From Lingula anatina (lineage: Eukaryota; Animalia; Brachiopoda): 64,000 bases of DNA. Made by a program: the position numbers and the translations under genes. The stretch covers positions 13,702,001 through 13,766,000 of the forward strand of contig CM120642.1 of NCBI GenBank assembly GCA_051362555.1, written 5' to 3'. A model generated the notes under the pieces. It had not been told where the DNA came from, did not search any database, and was given only the letters and a program-made list of their open reading frames with translations. Shown in pieces: positions 25,211 through 38,737 of the stretch. The first letter of the stretch is position 1. Each line of letters starts with the position of its first letter.

Positions 25211-28200
25211 AGTGTACAAATAACAATAAAGAAACGTAAGTAATAATACAGTGTAGCTGCTAAAACTGCGGGTAAATATATCCGCAGCTACAAAGCTGAA
25301 TGACTTTTCACTGAATGCAGCTCGATGGAATTAATCTCCAAAACATCTTTCATAGAATATACTTGTGTGTGCCTTGATACACAGCAGCTAAGACATTCCT
25401 TAACCCTGGACATCTGTTAACACCTTGTCTTGGTCAACTACTTAAGGTCAAAATGTGCAGACACAAGACCCAAACAAAACGTTGATGTATTACCAAAAAG
25501 TTAATAGCACCACTAAAACAAACCATTTGCTACATAAATACAATTAATTCTCTTAATTGTAGTTTTTCAATGAACAACAAATTATTGAAACTCCCAAATA
25601 AGTGAAATTTTCAGAATTATGCTTTCTAATGTTCATGCTTGAATCTCTATGAGGGCCATATATTGGAACACCTTCTTTATCTATGGCTTTAGACAGTTTA
25701 GAAAAAGTTTATTACAGTAGGTTATCCGGGTTAGCATAGACTGTAATCACATTTTTGATGTGGCTCGTTTGCCACGGTTGATTCAATTCTCAGGGTTGAG
25801 AACAGTTCGTCTTCATATTTCAGTGTTTAGTCCAAGGAAGTGCTTGCATTATTGATGCCTTATGATCTAAGTGCGGTAGTTTGAAACTGTGAGGTTTTTT
25901 TTTTTTCTAGACGACATTTGATGCGGATTGCACCATGAAAGAGAAAATCTGCTTTCATTCGACGCCTGCCATTTTATGGGTCACATTGAGTCGAACAGTT
26001 TTTTGTACATGCATATACCAGTATATATAAATAAACATATTGACTTTTCCTTCCTTTTTGTTATATGGTATTTAATTGATGGCATCGTGTGCATCAGAAT
26101 ATATCATTTAACTGGAGGTGTCTCCATTTCTATCACCTCAGACAGAAGGTCAGTTAGAAGGTATGAAATAGCCAAAATTGATCAATTACACGGCAGGATG
26201 TCTGGAGTCTGTTGTCGCCAAAGTTTTAAGTCTATAATTCACAGAATTAGATTATTGCGTTAGGTCTACATCAGACCTATCGAAAAAAAAAACACTTTTT
26301 TGCTGACGGCTTTGTGACCAGACTGTCGGTAAATGAAAGCGATGTGCAACGTCTTCAAAATAATCATGTCATGGCATTCAGTTATTAATGTGACATTATA
26401 CTTCAAAATCTGTGACCAGCAGGACCACTGTTCGCACGCTGTCACACACGTGCATATTGATCGGGCTTTAAAGGTTGATTACGGCACCTGCATTCTCAAA
26501 GTATCGGATTTTCACCTGCACTTTAGAAACTGGTCATGTGGCATGATGCACAGACGGGTATTGTATACAGACATACAGAATGAACAGCCCTAGCTTATAT
26601 TTACTCTAAGTACATATGGTGGCGCACTTGAGATTAAATCAATTCTTTAAATTGAATTGTTTAAGATGAATCGTTTCTTGGAAATCTTCTAGTCAGGGAT
26701 AATAGACGGTCCCAGAAGACACATATTTACAATGTGATGGTTTAAGAGCTCAAGCGTAAAGACAGACCCAAGAACTCGATCACAGTATACGAGAAATATG
26801 CATTAAGTAAGCATTTTTTCATTCATAATACTGTATATATACGTAGCTTTAGGTGTACTGATGTTTTAAAACAAGTAATTTGTATGGCCCTGTTTGGCAT
26901 GGATCGCAGATTCCTGTGGATCATTTCCATGGATGTGTGCTCCCGGGGAGGCAGGCATTACCAGGGAAGAAAATAATGCAAAGTTAAAGGAATGGTTGGT
27001 TTTAGACAGGCCCTTCGCAAAAGTCGAATATGATATAACGATGTTCTTCTATGTATTATTTTTTTTCCTGGGTTTTCAATAACATGCATTACAGATTTAA
27101 AACGTAAAGATCAGGGAGTGCCTAAAGGTGTTTTCCCTTCACTGCATAATACCATTCTATGACCCTGACATGCAGTGATGATGCTCGCTAGAACACCGCA
27201 TTTGATAGGCGCGGATGTGCTTCACAATATCTCAACAATAACACTGAGACGTTTCTGTCTACATGTGTTTGCAGCTCAGCTAACTTGGATATTTAACATC
27301 ATCATTGCCGTAAGAAATAGAACAATGACAAAATGGCGCATTATCAAAATAGGCATTTGAAGAATCTGAGAACAAAGAGCAAAGGCATATGTCTGAAATG
27401 GTGTAATTTATATGTGCAAACGTAATCGACTTCCATAATTGTTTTTTTTTTTTCGAATTAAACCATGATATCAATTTTGCCTCAGAACTTAACTGCAGTG
27501 TGCTTCTCCTGTGCAGACATTGTTCCATTTGGTGACTTAAGAGTCCGTAATGCGTTCTGTTCCAAAGTGTACATTACTTCATGTATGTTACAGGCAAATC
27601 TTAAATTATTACTAACGTATGTATACTGTAGCTGTGCAGCTTCATGTCGTAGATGATAGCATAAAAACGTAGATAACATATCCTATTGTCCGAAAAATAA
27701 GTAGCTATGTATCAGTTGCAAAACTCTTTGACCACATGTTATCTGTTATGCACCTTAGGAGTTGCTCTAAACTCATTTCTCTAGTCTTAGCAAAGATTAC
27801 AACTAACTTTAGTTATCACTAATGTGTGTAGACCTATATAACCCACGCTATGCGTCAGGATACTTGGAAAGACATGCAGAAAGTAGAGAAATGGGTTTCC
27901 AGTGACACTTGAGATATTGGGGCGCGTTTAAGACGCTGTTGACGCAAACCCGTCATCTATCTTTATTCCATAGGACGTGAGGGGTGGAACCATACACGAT
28001 CAGCTTACCGACACGTTCTCAATCATACAAAAAATACAGATATCACTGCTCGAAGAACGTAACACAATACCTTATTTGATACGTTGTGTGGTGTTTTTCC
28101 TACATGCATGGATAGAGTAAAGCGTCAGTAATATGTCACAGATGAGTTTCCAATGGGGATGCTCATTAGCAAACCACCTAGAGCAAAGACCAAGGCATAT

Positions 28201-28482
28201 TTCAGCTGAGATTCTTTTGATAGGAATCTCTAACTTGTTATTTTCCTGCAAACAATAATGTCATTGATGTATTGAATATGCAACACTGGAGATTTACTGT
28301 GACTTCCGTTACCTGCAACGTAATTAACAACCGCGCATCAACATAGCTACAGCAGAGCATGTAATTTTATAATTTTCATCAGTCGTCAATACCAGAACTC
28401 TTGCAACTGTGTCATGTTTTTGACTTGGGGCTTAAGTTAAACCACTGACATGATGCTCATAATGGTCACTGTTGTATGGCCG

Positions 28483-28704
28483 CCCTTAGCAAATGAAAGG
28501 TTTTGCAGCATTACTGCAGCAATATTGCTTCAAATTAAACGTTTGCAGCAACGAGTTTGCAGGAGTTTGCAAGAAAATTTACAGTCATATGCCAGCAAAT
28601 TTGCTGCAAATATGCAAGAAGGAATTACAGTTTGCTGCAATATTACAGCAAATTTACTGCAAATTCGCTGCGAATTACCAGTAGGCCCAATATTTTGCTA
28701 AGGG
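28483..28704. mobile_element. MITE with CCC termini and 2-bp TSD, CMC/EnSpm-like
   Basis: TIR CCCTTAGCAAA (28483-28493) / TTTGCTAAGGG (28694-28704) with CG on both flanks. The interior has many TTGCAGCAA / TTTGCTGCAA repeats in both orientations. The superfamily assignment is an inference. Confidence 0.8.
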
Positions 28705-29258
28705 CGTCCAATCTGGTTTGCTTAAGTATGACGCGCATAGGTAGAGCCAACCAAGTGCAAAGCACATGTTAGTCTGCATGGGTTTTGTTTTTATTGATAA
28801 AGCAGCAGCGTTAAGTTTGGGGACGTTATATATACACATGTGCATCTTCGATTCCAAAGTGCACATTTACATGATCATTTTGACCCGTAATGCACATTTT
28901 GCACAACTGAAATGATTTTATATGTAGTTGATAAAATGTCATCTACTTGTTTGAAAGAATAAGAACAGTATCAAAGAGACTGGTACATGACAAGCAAAAA
29001 ACTACGTTCCTGCGAGACGTCTTCTTTTATGTACTTACATGTACTTTTGCATGATCTTTTTGGCGTAATGCACATTCCATACACACATTTATATATTCTT
29101 TTTATTTACAAATATGGCTTAGTACTTTAAACAAAACGTTCTTTTTTATTGTAAAACAAACATCTGGCATGTTATCTTGTCTCTCTGCCATCTGTATGGC
29201 TCCAGCTAAAAACACAAACAAAAAATTCGACGTAAAATTTTATTTGATATGTAGGGTA

Positions 29259-29314
29259 ATATGGTATATTTGTGGCATTAATACCACAAATATGGTATAT
29301 TTGTGGTATTAATA
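29259..29314. repeat. Short tandem duplication (~31-bp period) with an internal palindrome
   Basis: AATATGGTATATTTGTGGYATTAATA occurs twice. ATTTGTGGCATTAATACCACAAAT is self-complementary apart from one mismatch. Confidence 0.75.
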
Positions 29315-31007
29315 GAAAATATAAATATTAATGTTGGCTCACATATATAGGTTGAAGAGGTTCGTGGTTGAAATCTGTATACATGTACTTGTAATTGTAC
29401 CCTCCCTTTTTGTAACTGTATTACAAACAATAATATACGCTATGGATTAATTATAGGGGTTGCTTTGCGTGTACCATGACAGACTTTGTTTCAATTTTAC
29501 CCGTACAAGTTGTTTAAGGCGCACATGAACTGACCATCGGTGCAGCGTGGTTTAACAGTGCCGCATATAAACCACTATAGGTCCTTATACGACTCACATT
29601 AAGTCGACATACCACGGAATGAACCGAATTAATCCCTCGATTAGCCTATAAAAGAGCTTTAAACTGCACCTTTTTCAAAATTGTGGTCGTAAATTTGACC
29701 TACTTGTCTGATCCGTTTATATACAGCAAAGAAGCAAGCAGAAAAATCCGTTCAAATGCATGTATCATTTTTCGAGTAATATGAAACGATGTCTAGTGGT
29801 AATTATGTAAGTTATAGTATTTGAAACTACCTGGTGGCATTTGGTCGGCTTTTATGGCAAAAAAAAATGACTTCAAATGCATCTTTAAGGATTATCAGGG
29901 TCCGCATGTACTTTTCATTGTCCCTATTTTTACCCAATTCTTCGCCATGTATCTAACCATCAGTCCCACTGAGACAATTATATTGAACTTATTACAACAG
30001 AATATTTCTACTGGGACCGGTTATATTTGGCATTATACCTTGTGTTTACGACAACAGCTCATTTGCTCATAGACTTTCAAATAATTTGTAATTGGATTAA
30101 ACGGTCGTGGTCTTGTGCATGTAGGGTGTGGAGCTGGTGTTTTAGAGATGGATCCTGTTTACGATTTCGAGAGACAAGAGGATATTTACGACAGCAAGAA
30201 AACCACAAGTTTTGCATGTAAGTCGTATTGAGCATTGTCTAGCGCTGAGACCTGTTATGGATTAATTTGTGGATCCATGTTTATGCGGTCAGGGCAATGA
30301 GAATAGTCTGGACGCTTTGTAGGTACCTTTTAACCATGTGAGGTTAATATCGAAGCATTTTTTAATTATACCGGGTTGTGCTCAGATATCTCACGCTGTA
30401 GAAGCTTTTTAACCCTATTCTTAGAAATTGTTATGAAACATAAAAAATCAATCAAGGCTTGTTTCATAGTCTTTGTAGCCATCAACATAAGCGAGGTCTC
30501 AATCGCGGCGTGTCATTCGACCCGATGCCGTTGACTAAGTCCTATTCAGCATATCTCCAACGGCGCATTTCTGGCGTGGTAGCTGGAAAGCTTTCGCAGG
30601 AAGTGCAGTCATGTGTTGTTGTAACCGAGTTTAATCAAATTACATTAGCGTTCAGGTCTCGTCCTTTTTTCTTCTTTTTTTATTGTGGCGTAAGGTTAGC
30701 TTTGCATTGACATAGATGATGATGTAGGATTTCTTGATTTGCTCAGCGAAAAATGTTAAGCATACTTAGTGGGATTTTTCATCAATTAGTAGGCCTGCCC
30801 GTTAAAGTTCATTCCAGGCAATTATTGTGCATGGCATCGTGGAATATACATTGTTGCCATGTATTAGTATGTTACAAAGCTGAAAGCAGTCGCCGCCACA
30901 AAGTTTCTCATGAAGTCAACATGAGAACAGTTTTATTCGCAGCTAGCTGCTGAAAACAATTCTGAAGGCCAGCTATTAGCGTTTGCCTGTTACCGCTTTC
31001 TTTCCAC

Positions 31008-31143
31008 ATGGGGTCTTGGCTACATATACCTGTTACTTCCTCTGTGGCAGTTTCAGAAGTGTCGCTTTTAGACAGAGATGATACATATCGCGAAAAAAAC
31101 TACACAAGAGACTAACTGCGGCTAGAGGCTTGGTAAAAGGAAG
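31008..31143 (+). other. Candidate alternative first exon, either non-coding or frameshifted at an A7 run
   Basis: Strong donor AAG|GTAAGA (GT 31144-31145). The ATG at 31008 (MGSWLHIPVTSS...) stops just short of the donor. One extra A in the run at 31093-31099 would give a 45-codon phase-2 exon. Confidence 0.35.
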
Positions 31144-32602
31144 GTAAGAATTTTACCTATAGAACCGTTAATACGTCAGGTTCTTGTTGTTGTTAGTGTT
31201 GCTTGTTTGGATTTGATAAAGTAAAAACCACGGGCCTATGTTCTCCTGTTGAGTTTTTGTTCTTTTTGAATATATATATATGAAAGGTGTAGGAGATGTT
31301 AGTTTAGATATAGAGACACTGAGAATTGGTCCAAGCATACTGCACCACTTTCTTTATATTGAGATTGATCAGGAGTAAATAATTTTTCAACATGGTAATA
31401 TATTGGTAGAAGCACATACCGTATCCGGTTATTATTTAAGTTCACTTTGCAGTCGAGAGAAAGACAGCAAACAATTTCCAGACAAATGACATAATTCATT
31501 TCTATACTTGTTTTGGCTGGTAACATTTGTTTTCAACAGGGTGCACGTAAAGATTTCACTTATCATGCTCTGTTGTTGATTGATCGCCTGGTATTCGATA
31601 GTAAACATGGTTTTTAATTCGTAATGAAGTTAGATACATGAGCCCGCTTGCGTTTTAAATTCGTCATCCCTTGTTTTAACTGTTGATGTATTTACTCACT
31701 GTAAGCAATAAAATATCGTGGACGTTTGTATCTGGGATGATATAGGGATATAAATTATATGACAGATAGTGATAGGTTTATAAATTTGTTAAAATCTCTA
31801 TAGAAATGATATCTGAATGATCATCACATCTTTATACGTCAAAGGATCGTCTGCTGGCTTTCAGGCTCTGACGTTTGAATAAGTCCACAAAGTGGTCAAA
31901 ATATTACGGTCTTATGTCCCTTGTTGTTCGCTGTGGTATTCTCTGGCCAAGAACCACGTCGTGTTTTGTTTCTGTTATGTACGTCCATATTGAATAATTG
32001 TCAGCGGCATCTACTTTCTTGTTGACAACAAATAGTCTGAGGGTTAGTGGCACGGATTTAAGACGACTTTTTATTATTTTTTCTCCAGAAAATGGCGGAA
32101 CTTGTATGCTCGCAATTTGATTCCAGGCACATTACATTTCTTAGAGAGCAAAATTTCTGAGAACCCACACGTCTGCCTTTTTGTTCTCCCTGAGTGTTTT
32201 ATCCACTCTGTCGGTCGTTACCACCTGGGGTACCGGTCTGGAACCAGCGGGAAGAAGCTAGCAGACAAATTGATATTTGCATGACTGAAGCCATTAAGTT
32301 ACTGCGACATATTGTTTCTGTACCACCTAGAACGCTCGTGATGAATCAAGTTATCATCCGCATCGTCATTATCTTTTATTGCCTATTATAAATATTCTAA
32401 ATACAGCTATTTTCTCTGTAAGATATTTTTGTTGAAGTATGTGGAATGGGCAATGTGGTCATGAAAGTGGGAAACCCACCACGGAATGTATTAAAGCGAG
32501 GCACTTCCAAACATAGAAAAAGCGTTCGAACGATATGTCGGCTGGCATATTGTATCCAAGGGAACAGTGGTAATTCATATATTATTTTATATCATTAGAA
32601 GT

Positions 32603-32668
32603 GCTCTTAACAAATTAAATGTTGTATATCGTGTAACGCTCTTAACAAATTAAAGATTGTGTATCACG
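32603..32668. repeat. 35-bp tandem duplication
   Basis: GCTCTTAACAAATTAAA..TTGT.TATC occurs twice. Confidence 0.75.
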
Positions 32669-33031
32669 GAAAAAAATTGAGCTCTAGCTAATCACTTCGA
32701 GCTTCAGTTGGGAGTCGTAATACAGCAATGATAAATTTCGGAATAGGGAAGAAAAAAAGCAATTAGAGCATGAGAAATGGGCCCACTGACAGGTAAAATA
32801 TGTCGGTTAATTGCATTTCTCTTTCTTTTCATTAACATCAAGATACGTAAGGATTGCCGTGTGTAAAAAAAAAAACAAGTTTCAAGTCTCATGTGTTTAG
32901 GGACATACTTATCCGGTCTATCGCAAGAATTATCCTTTGCAATGTGAAAAAAATCTATATTGTGTATAAGTACCAACCACTTCTTTATCAATGCTGAAAA
33001 TGTATTTAGTTATACAGGTGTTTGTAAATCA

Positions 33032-33053
33032 ATATATATATATATATATATAT
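33032..33053. repeat. (AT)n microsatellite
   Basis: Direct reading. Confidence 0.9.
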
Positions 33054-35806
33054 CGGTAAGAACATTCATTCACGGCACTTAAATGGAGTAGGTGTATAAA
33101 GAGACTATGCATTATACGTATAATTTGTAAAGGTCATACATATAACGGTCATTATGGTCTAGAGGTATTCTCTTCTTGAAAAGTGATACTGTTTATTGCG
33201 GTTTGTATGATCCATCATTTCTATATGACATACGATCATCCACATAAATTTTTCATAGTAAAGGTGGTTATACATGTAAAAACAGAAAACACTGTGTCGC
33301 TCACATTAATAACGTTACACATGGCCTTGTCATACGAAATTGACATACGCTAATGAAAATACTGGTGAAGGTTTCTGTTAACCATGATTCAATAATTAGA
33401 AAATTCCGGTTCGCAAGAACTACTAATGCTTCTGCAGTATCCCCCGTGTCTTGATTGCAATCGTTCCGGGGGAAAAAGTTCGGTACTTCTGCCCTTCATG
33501 AAGCGAAATTAATTTTTTCTAATCGGAGGAGTATAAAACATTTTAGCAACTTGCCGCTCGAATTACTTTAATTTAATGAGGAATTTTCACATGCCTAAAA
33601 CATTGACATCTTTGCGTAATGTTTAATATTCCCGTTTGTTGAACTTTTGTCATGTTCTGAATGAACGAGTAACAATGTACACACAACCTGTGGAGTTGCA
33701 TTTATATATGTTGATAAAATCGTGTAGCATATGAAGCATATATCATGTTTTTGAAGGCCTTGAGACACTCTTGGTTGTCCCAGTGGGAAGTGTTCTAATA
33801 ATGTTGATTGTCTGCCCTTTGGTGCGTTATTTGTGGACATGATTGAAAAATGTTACTTGGCATATGCGTTTTTAAAGGGGCTGATATGGACACCTGCTTG
33901 CACATAGCTGTCTCTTGCAAAAAAAAAAAAAAAAAAAAAACAAGAGTGGTGAGTGGTTTCAGTCAATCAATTGGTGCACCGTTACACTGGAAAAGTGCTA
34001 TGTTATGGTTATTTTTGAAGAATAAGGAACTATGGTCACGGCTGCTTTGCCAGCATGTGTAATGTAAAGATCCCTCCATGATCAACGCAGATTAGGACAT
34101 AATGTATTTACCGTAACTTGATACACTAATCTTATACACGGTAAGCGCAGTAGATTAATTTCAGTTTTCGGACGACTTAAAAATATTTGCGCTGTTTCAC
34201 AGAATCGATCCCTCATCTTGAAGAGGTATAGTCAAAAACGCGCTCTTTGGCCTTTTACGCATAGTTCGTATGATCACATGCGTGAATTTTTTTTTTTTTG
34301 TATGTAAGATACAAGCTCCTGTCTGACGTGCCGCAGTCATATTGTGTAGATATACTTTACATCTACTGTAGCAGTTCCGCCTTACTGATGATTGTGAACA
34401 ATCGAACTTTCGTAGTTAAAGACACTTTAACACAATTACAGCACGCTGGATGCAATAATCCAATTAGACTAAAGTTTCAATAAAAATGATAAGAAAACGT
34501 AAACAGAAATTGGTAATTTTCGACAGCACTTCAAGAGTTCAGCCTTCGCCAGGGCAGCTTAATTTCCCCATATTTGCAATATCCACTATTTGTACAGTTT
34601 CAAATAGAAAAGGCCCTATTTGGCAATAAAGATGAAAAAGCCTGGATCCAAACGGTAGTTATCCGAATCACCTCCGGAAAGTGACCGTTTGAAACTAGAT
34701 CCACTCCTGACAGTTTCTCAAATTTTCTTCAAAACCTATCCATACCTTTCGATTAATGTTGCTAGTCCATAAACAGACGAACAGATAAACATTCAGACAA
34801 AAACACAACCAAAAACCAAAGACAATAATTTCTGGACCTCTTTACAGGTGGAAGGCAGATTACAATTAGCCACCCATACGTAATAACTTTGGGAAATAAT
34901 TCTTTTTAAAACATAGAATTCTATATGGATGGTAAACGTCGAATTTACGAAAAGCATTCAAAAGCCGTAAACTGCCCCGTGACACCTTGGTGTCTCATTG
35001 TATATCGTAACAATTCAATTTACTAACGGCTGCACAGTCTTCAAACAAAGGCCGTTCTTAATGATGTTCTTGGGTCTCTAAGATTTTGCAGGGTAATTTT
35101 ATTAATGGAAGCATTAACGTCAGTGTGTACTTCACAATACATTTCCAGGAAGCGTGAATCCTGATCAAAATGCCATTACGTCAGAATAGAGCTACGCCGA
35201 GCCGAAATCATTATCGTAGATCGAATGTATTCGGTTCTTGAGTTCTAACTCTATTCGTAAAAAGAAAAATGATGACAGTTTTGTTGTCAACATTGGTAAG
35301 TGGCGTGTACAGGGTAACACCCCCGGGGCAGTGACATACCATGCTGTAAACTGAGTGACGCACATGTTAATCTTATTCGTATTAGCGTCTACGATACATC
35401 CACCAGCTTTAAGTATGATTCTTTGCAGAAATGGTCTGACAGATCTGCCGCGAAAACTTAATAAGTCATGGATGAATCTCTCGTTGACCCGGCCCTGTTT
35501 TATGGATGGGTAACTGTGAACGTCTTTTAAAGCAGCCTTTATAGTAACGCACTCAAAGAACCGGGAGAAACCATGGCCATGCTACCTGTTGACATGTAGG
35601 AAGAGAATATGCGACGGAAAGTAGTTCATCATCTGATATTGGATTCGTGGTGTGCTTAAGTGACCTTTTACGTAGTGGGAGATTTCAGCCGCTGTCGCAG
35701 GCACGGATGGGTTTACTTTATTGTCTTATTGTCTCTGATCATCTATATCTATATGCCTGGGTTTGAGTAGGTGTATGTGAAGGATGAGTTTTGTAGTTCG
35801 GCGGCT

Positions 35807-35808
<2 letters not shown>

Positions 35809-35853
<45 letters not shown>
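35809..35853. repeat. (TC)n microsatellite
   Basis: About 22 perfect units. Confidence 0.95.
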
Positions 35854-35857
<4 letters not shown>

Positions 35858-36254
35858 GATACTTAGAGGTCACTAGGACCGAAGTGAAGCATTTTAGAGC
35901 CGCCCTTTGTTCTTTAAGTGTGGCGCTAGTTCAGGGTATGATTAAATTAAGTAAGGATGAAAAATTCGATGATTCTTAGGAAAAAAAGCAATGAAGCAAA
36001 TATTGGAACAAGTGGGATCTTAGTATAGTGGCGATTACAGGGACACGTTTTTAGTTTCTAAACATATCTTCAATGTATTATTTTCAACTTCAGGGGAGAT
36101 GCACTATTGTTTCGATTTATAATAGTGTAGAAGTTTTTTGACAAGATGTTATACCGTGCATTATATCTATTCATGTAATCAATTGAAATATTATGTAACA
36201 TACATGCATATATAACAATTATTTCTTGTACATGTATAGAAAAGTCTCAAAAGC

Positions 36255-37075
36255 AATGGTATGGTGAGACGTGGTATGGTATGTTATGAAATGGTATGGT
36301 ATGGTATGGCATGGTATGGCATGGTATGGCTAGGGATGAAATGGTGTGGTATGTTAAAATATGGTGTGACGTTAAACGGTTTATAAAGCTTTGGTATGGC
36401 GTGGCGAGGCATGGCATGACAAGGCATGGTACGGTACGGCACGGCACAGTACACTATGGTATGGCATGACATGCCAGGCAGGCACTGTATACTGTAGCTT
36501 GATATGGCATTATACGGTAAGGCATGGTGACATTAGGTATGGTGGAGTATGGTGACATTAAATGTGGTGTTATATAGAACGTGTTAAGGCGTATTGTGAT
36601 ATGTTATCTGGTAGTGTAGGATGGCATGGAATGTTACCTCGAAGGAAGTAATGTTTTCACCTCCATTTGCCTGTTTCTTTGTCTCTTACCAGTCTAACTC
36701 AAAAAGTTATGGATGGATTTTGATAAAATTTTAGGATATGTCGAAATGGGGTTACTTTAAAGTGATTAGATTTTGGTTATGATATATTAATTATTTGGTT
36801 TATTATGATAATATGCGGAATGATAGGATAGGGAATACTATAATTTTATGCGTTGTGGTACTGGCATGGTATTGTGAGGTACAAGTATGTTACGATGTGG
36901 TAAGTGGGAGCATGGTGTTACACAATATGCTCTAGTGGTATCTGGTGCGGAGTGCTGTGGCTGAGTGTGTCATTCCTGGGTGTGGTATAAACTATTGGAG
37001 TAATGCAGTCTGGCGTGGTTTTCTTGGTGCGGTTTGGTGTGGCGTGGTGTAGATTTCCATGGTATGGTAAGGTGG
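36255..37075. repeat. Degenerate (TATGG/CATGG)n pentanucleotide satellite, interrupted by an inserted element
   Basis: atggtatggtatggcatggtatggcatgg... is strongest at 36255-36475. It decays to TGTGG/GTGGT variants through ~37075 and is interrupted at ~36634-36790. Confidence 0.85.
36634..36783 (+). mobile_element. Short Helentron/HINE-like non-autonomous element fragment (copy 1)
   Basis: TTACCTC.AAGGA.GT.ATGTTTTCACCTCC...CTTACCAGTCT.ACTCAAAAAGTTA..GATGG.TTT aligns with the reverse complement of 41693-41835. Confidence 0.7.
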
Positions 37076-37885
37076 CCATTTTTTTATGTTTGTTTGCTTT
37101 TTTTTTTTTTTTGCTTTTTCGTGATTTTTAAAAGATAATTATAACAAAGTATTGCTGTGGTAAATTTAGTTGTTAGGATCAGAAGTTGTATAAACCATAT
37201 CATATATTGCTGCAGTAACAGTTTTATTTACGGCACAATTATTGGTCGAGTCGTACCTGGATAGAGAACAGGCAAGCTCCTTGAAACATATAAAGAATTA
37301 TAATGGGCTCAATAATTCTGTTTACTTTGTCCATGTTTACAAGTGGATAAACTGCGAAAGAACATGTACAGTGGAGTAGGCATTTGCTCGAAATAAACCA
37401 TTAGGGTAAACTTTTTTCTTGGTTTGTTCGGATACAATATCTTGAGGCACAAACACTTTCTGGTGATTACCAAGGACAGACAGAAGGTTATAAGAAATTA
37501 TTTACGACAAAAGGATTAAGAAACGAAGCCAATGAAAGAGATGATAACTGAAGTTTTATTGGTTTTCATTGCAAACCTTTACGTAACACCGCTTTGTTTA
37601 GATCAATATGTCGCATCCTAGGTATATGATTGATAAAATGTCGTTGATGAACTTATCCCATGTACCTTCATTCAAATTGTGCTAATATCTCCTCGCGTAT
37701 TATACAAGGGTACAGTGCCAATGAGGTGTAATGGTGCCCCTGTCTGACTGGATTCCCCAAATATGTAAAGAGAAAAAAGTACAAAAATGTTACTAGCAAT
37801 CTGAACACAGTGTGGTGATGTCGATCCAGCTATTATAGATTATTTAAGTCGATATTATGAAAGCTGAGGAGATCGTACTTTCAAC

Positions 37886-37904
37886 ATGGCTTCAAATTAC
37901 ACAG
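37886..37904 (+). CDS. Exon A': candidate short alternative first coding exon (MASNYT + G)
   Basis: Strong start context caacATGG with an in-frame stop upstream. The donor CAG|GTAATA (GT 37905-37906) is in phase 1, matching the acceptor at 39841. It is short, so chance cannot be excluded. Confidence 0.45.
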
Positions 37905-38694
37905 GTAATAAATAATAAATAATAATAAATAATCTGCGACAAGTAATGTTTCCGTATGTTTTTATTAGGAAAGTTTCATGTATACCGGTTAGGAGATAAA
38001 GTGCCTTTGTTATTCAGTGTTACGTATGCGTTCGCACTCCTGGGTAATTTGTGATATAGTCAGCAGGAATAGTAATTATCTCTTTCTAGTTAACAGCACT
38101 TATATTATAAATATCATCTTCCGGCCCATCCTTCATGACACTGTATGATAAATCAAGTGTAATCGAGTGAAAGTGTTTATGAATCTTATATCACCTAGTG
38201 GCCCTTAAAATAAATATGTCGTTATTACCTCTGAATTTACAAGCATACCCCAGCACACAATGGCGGATTTGGAAAACCAAGAAGCGAAATTTGGAAAAGA
38301 TCGCACATTGTGGACATTTTGAAAGGGAATGCCTCTGTGATGTCATAAATGCCTATACTTTAGTTAAACCCATTTGAAATTACAAGCCAGCGTATGACCA
38401 TGGAATCTATGACCCATGCCCATGGGCGCTGTACGCCAAGAGGAAATGATGGGACCTATATGTACGGCACGAACTCTCTGAACCCATCTTTGTACATACA
38501 CGTATCGTTTCATTGCACCAATCACGGGATGGCGCAGAGGCCTTAATAGAAACCCAATAGATGATGTCGACCAAATAGATGATGGGTCGAGATGAAAGAA
38601 AGTTCCTGTAAAGGATGATTGATGCCATGTCATGTATTAATGCATGGCATCAGTGGTTTTCTTTTATAAGTGTAAACATATCTTGCTGTATCCA

Positions 38695-38737
38695 TGTGTG
38701 TGTGTGTGTGCGTGTGTGTGCGTGTGTGTGTGTGTGT
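38695..38737. repeat. (TG)n microsatellite
   Basis: Direct reading, with two CG interruptions. Confidence 0.92.

Noticed and set aside
34028-34090. Fragment resembling a SINE core (…TGTGTAATGTAAAGATCCCTCC…); also a SINE-tail-like stretch at ~42390-42475
   Set aside because: Too short and diverged, and no Pol III A/B boxes are visible.
36247-36472. ORFs with repeating PYHTI/MPCHA motifs
   Set aside because: Translations of the (TATGG)n satellite.
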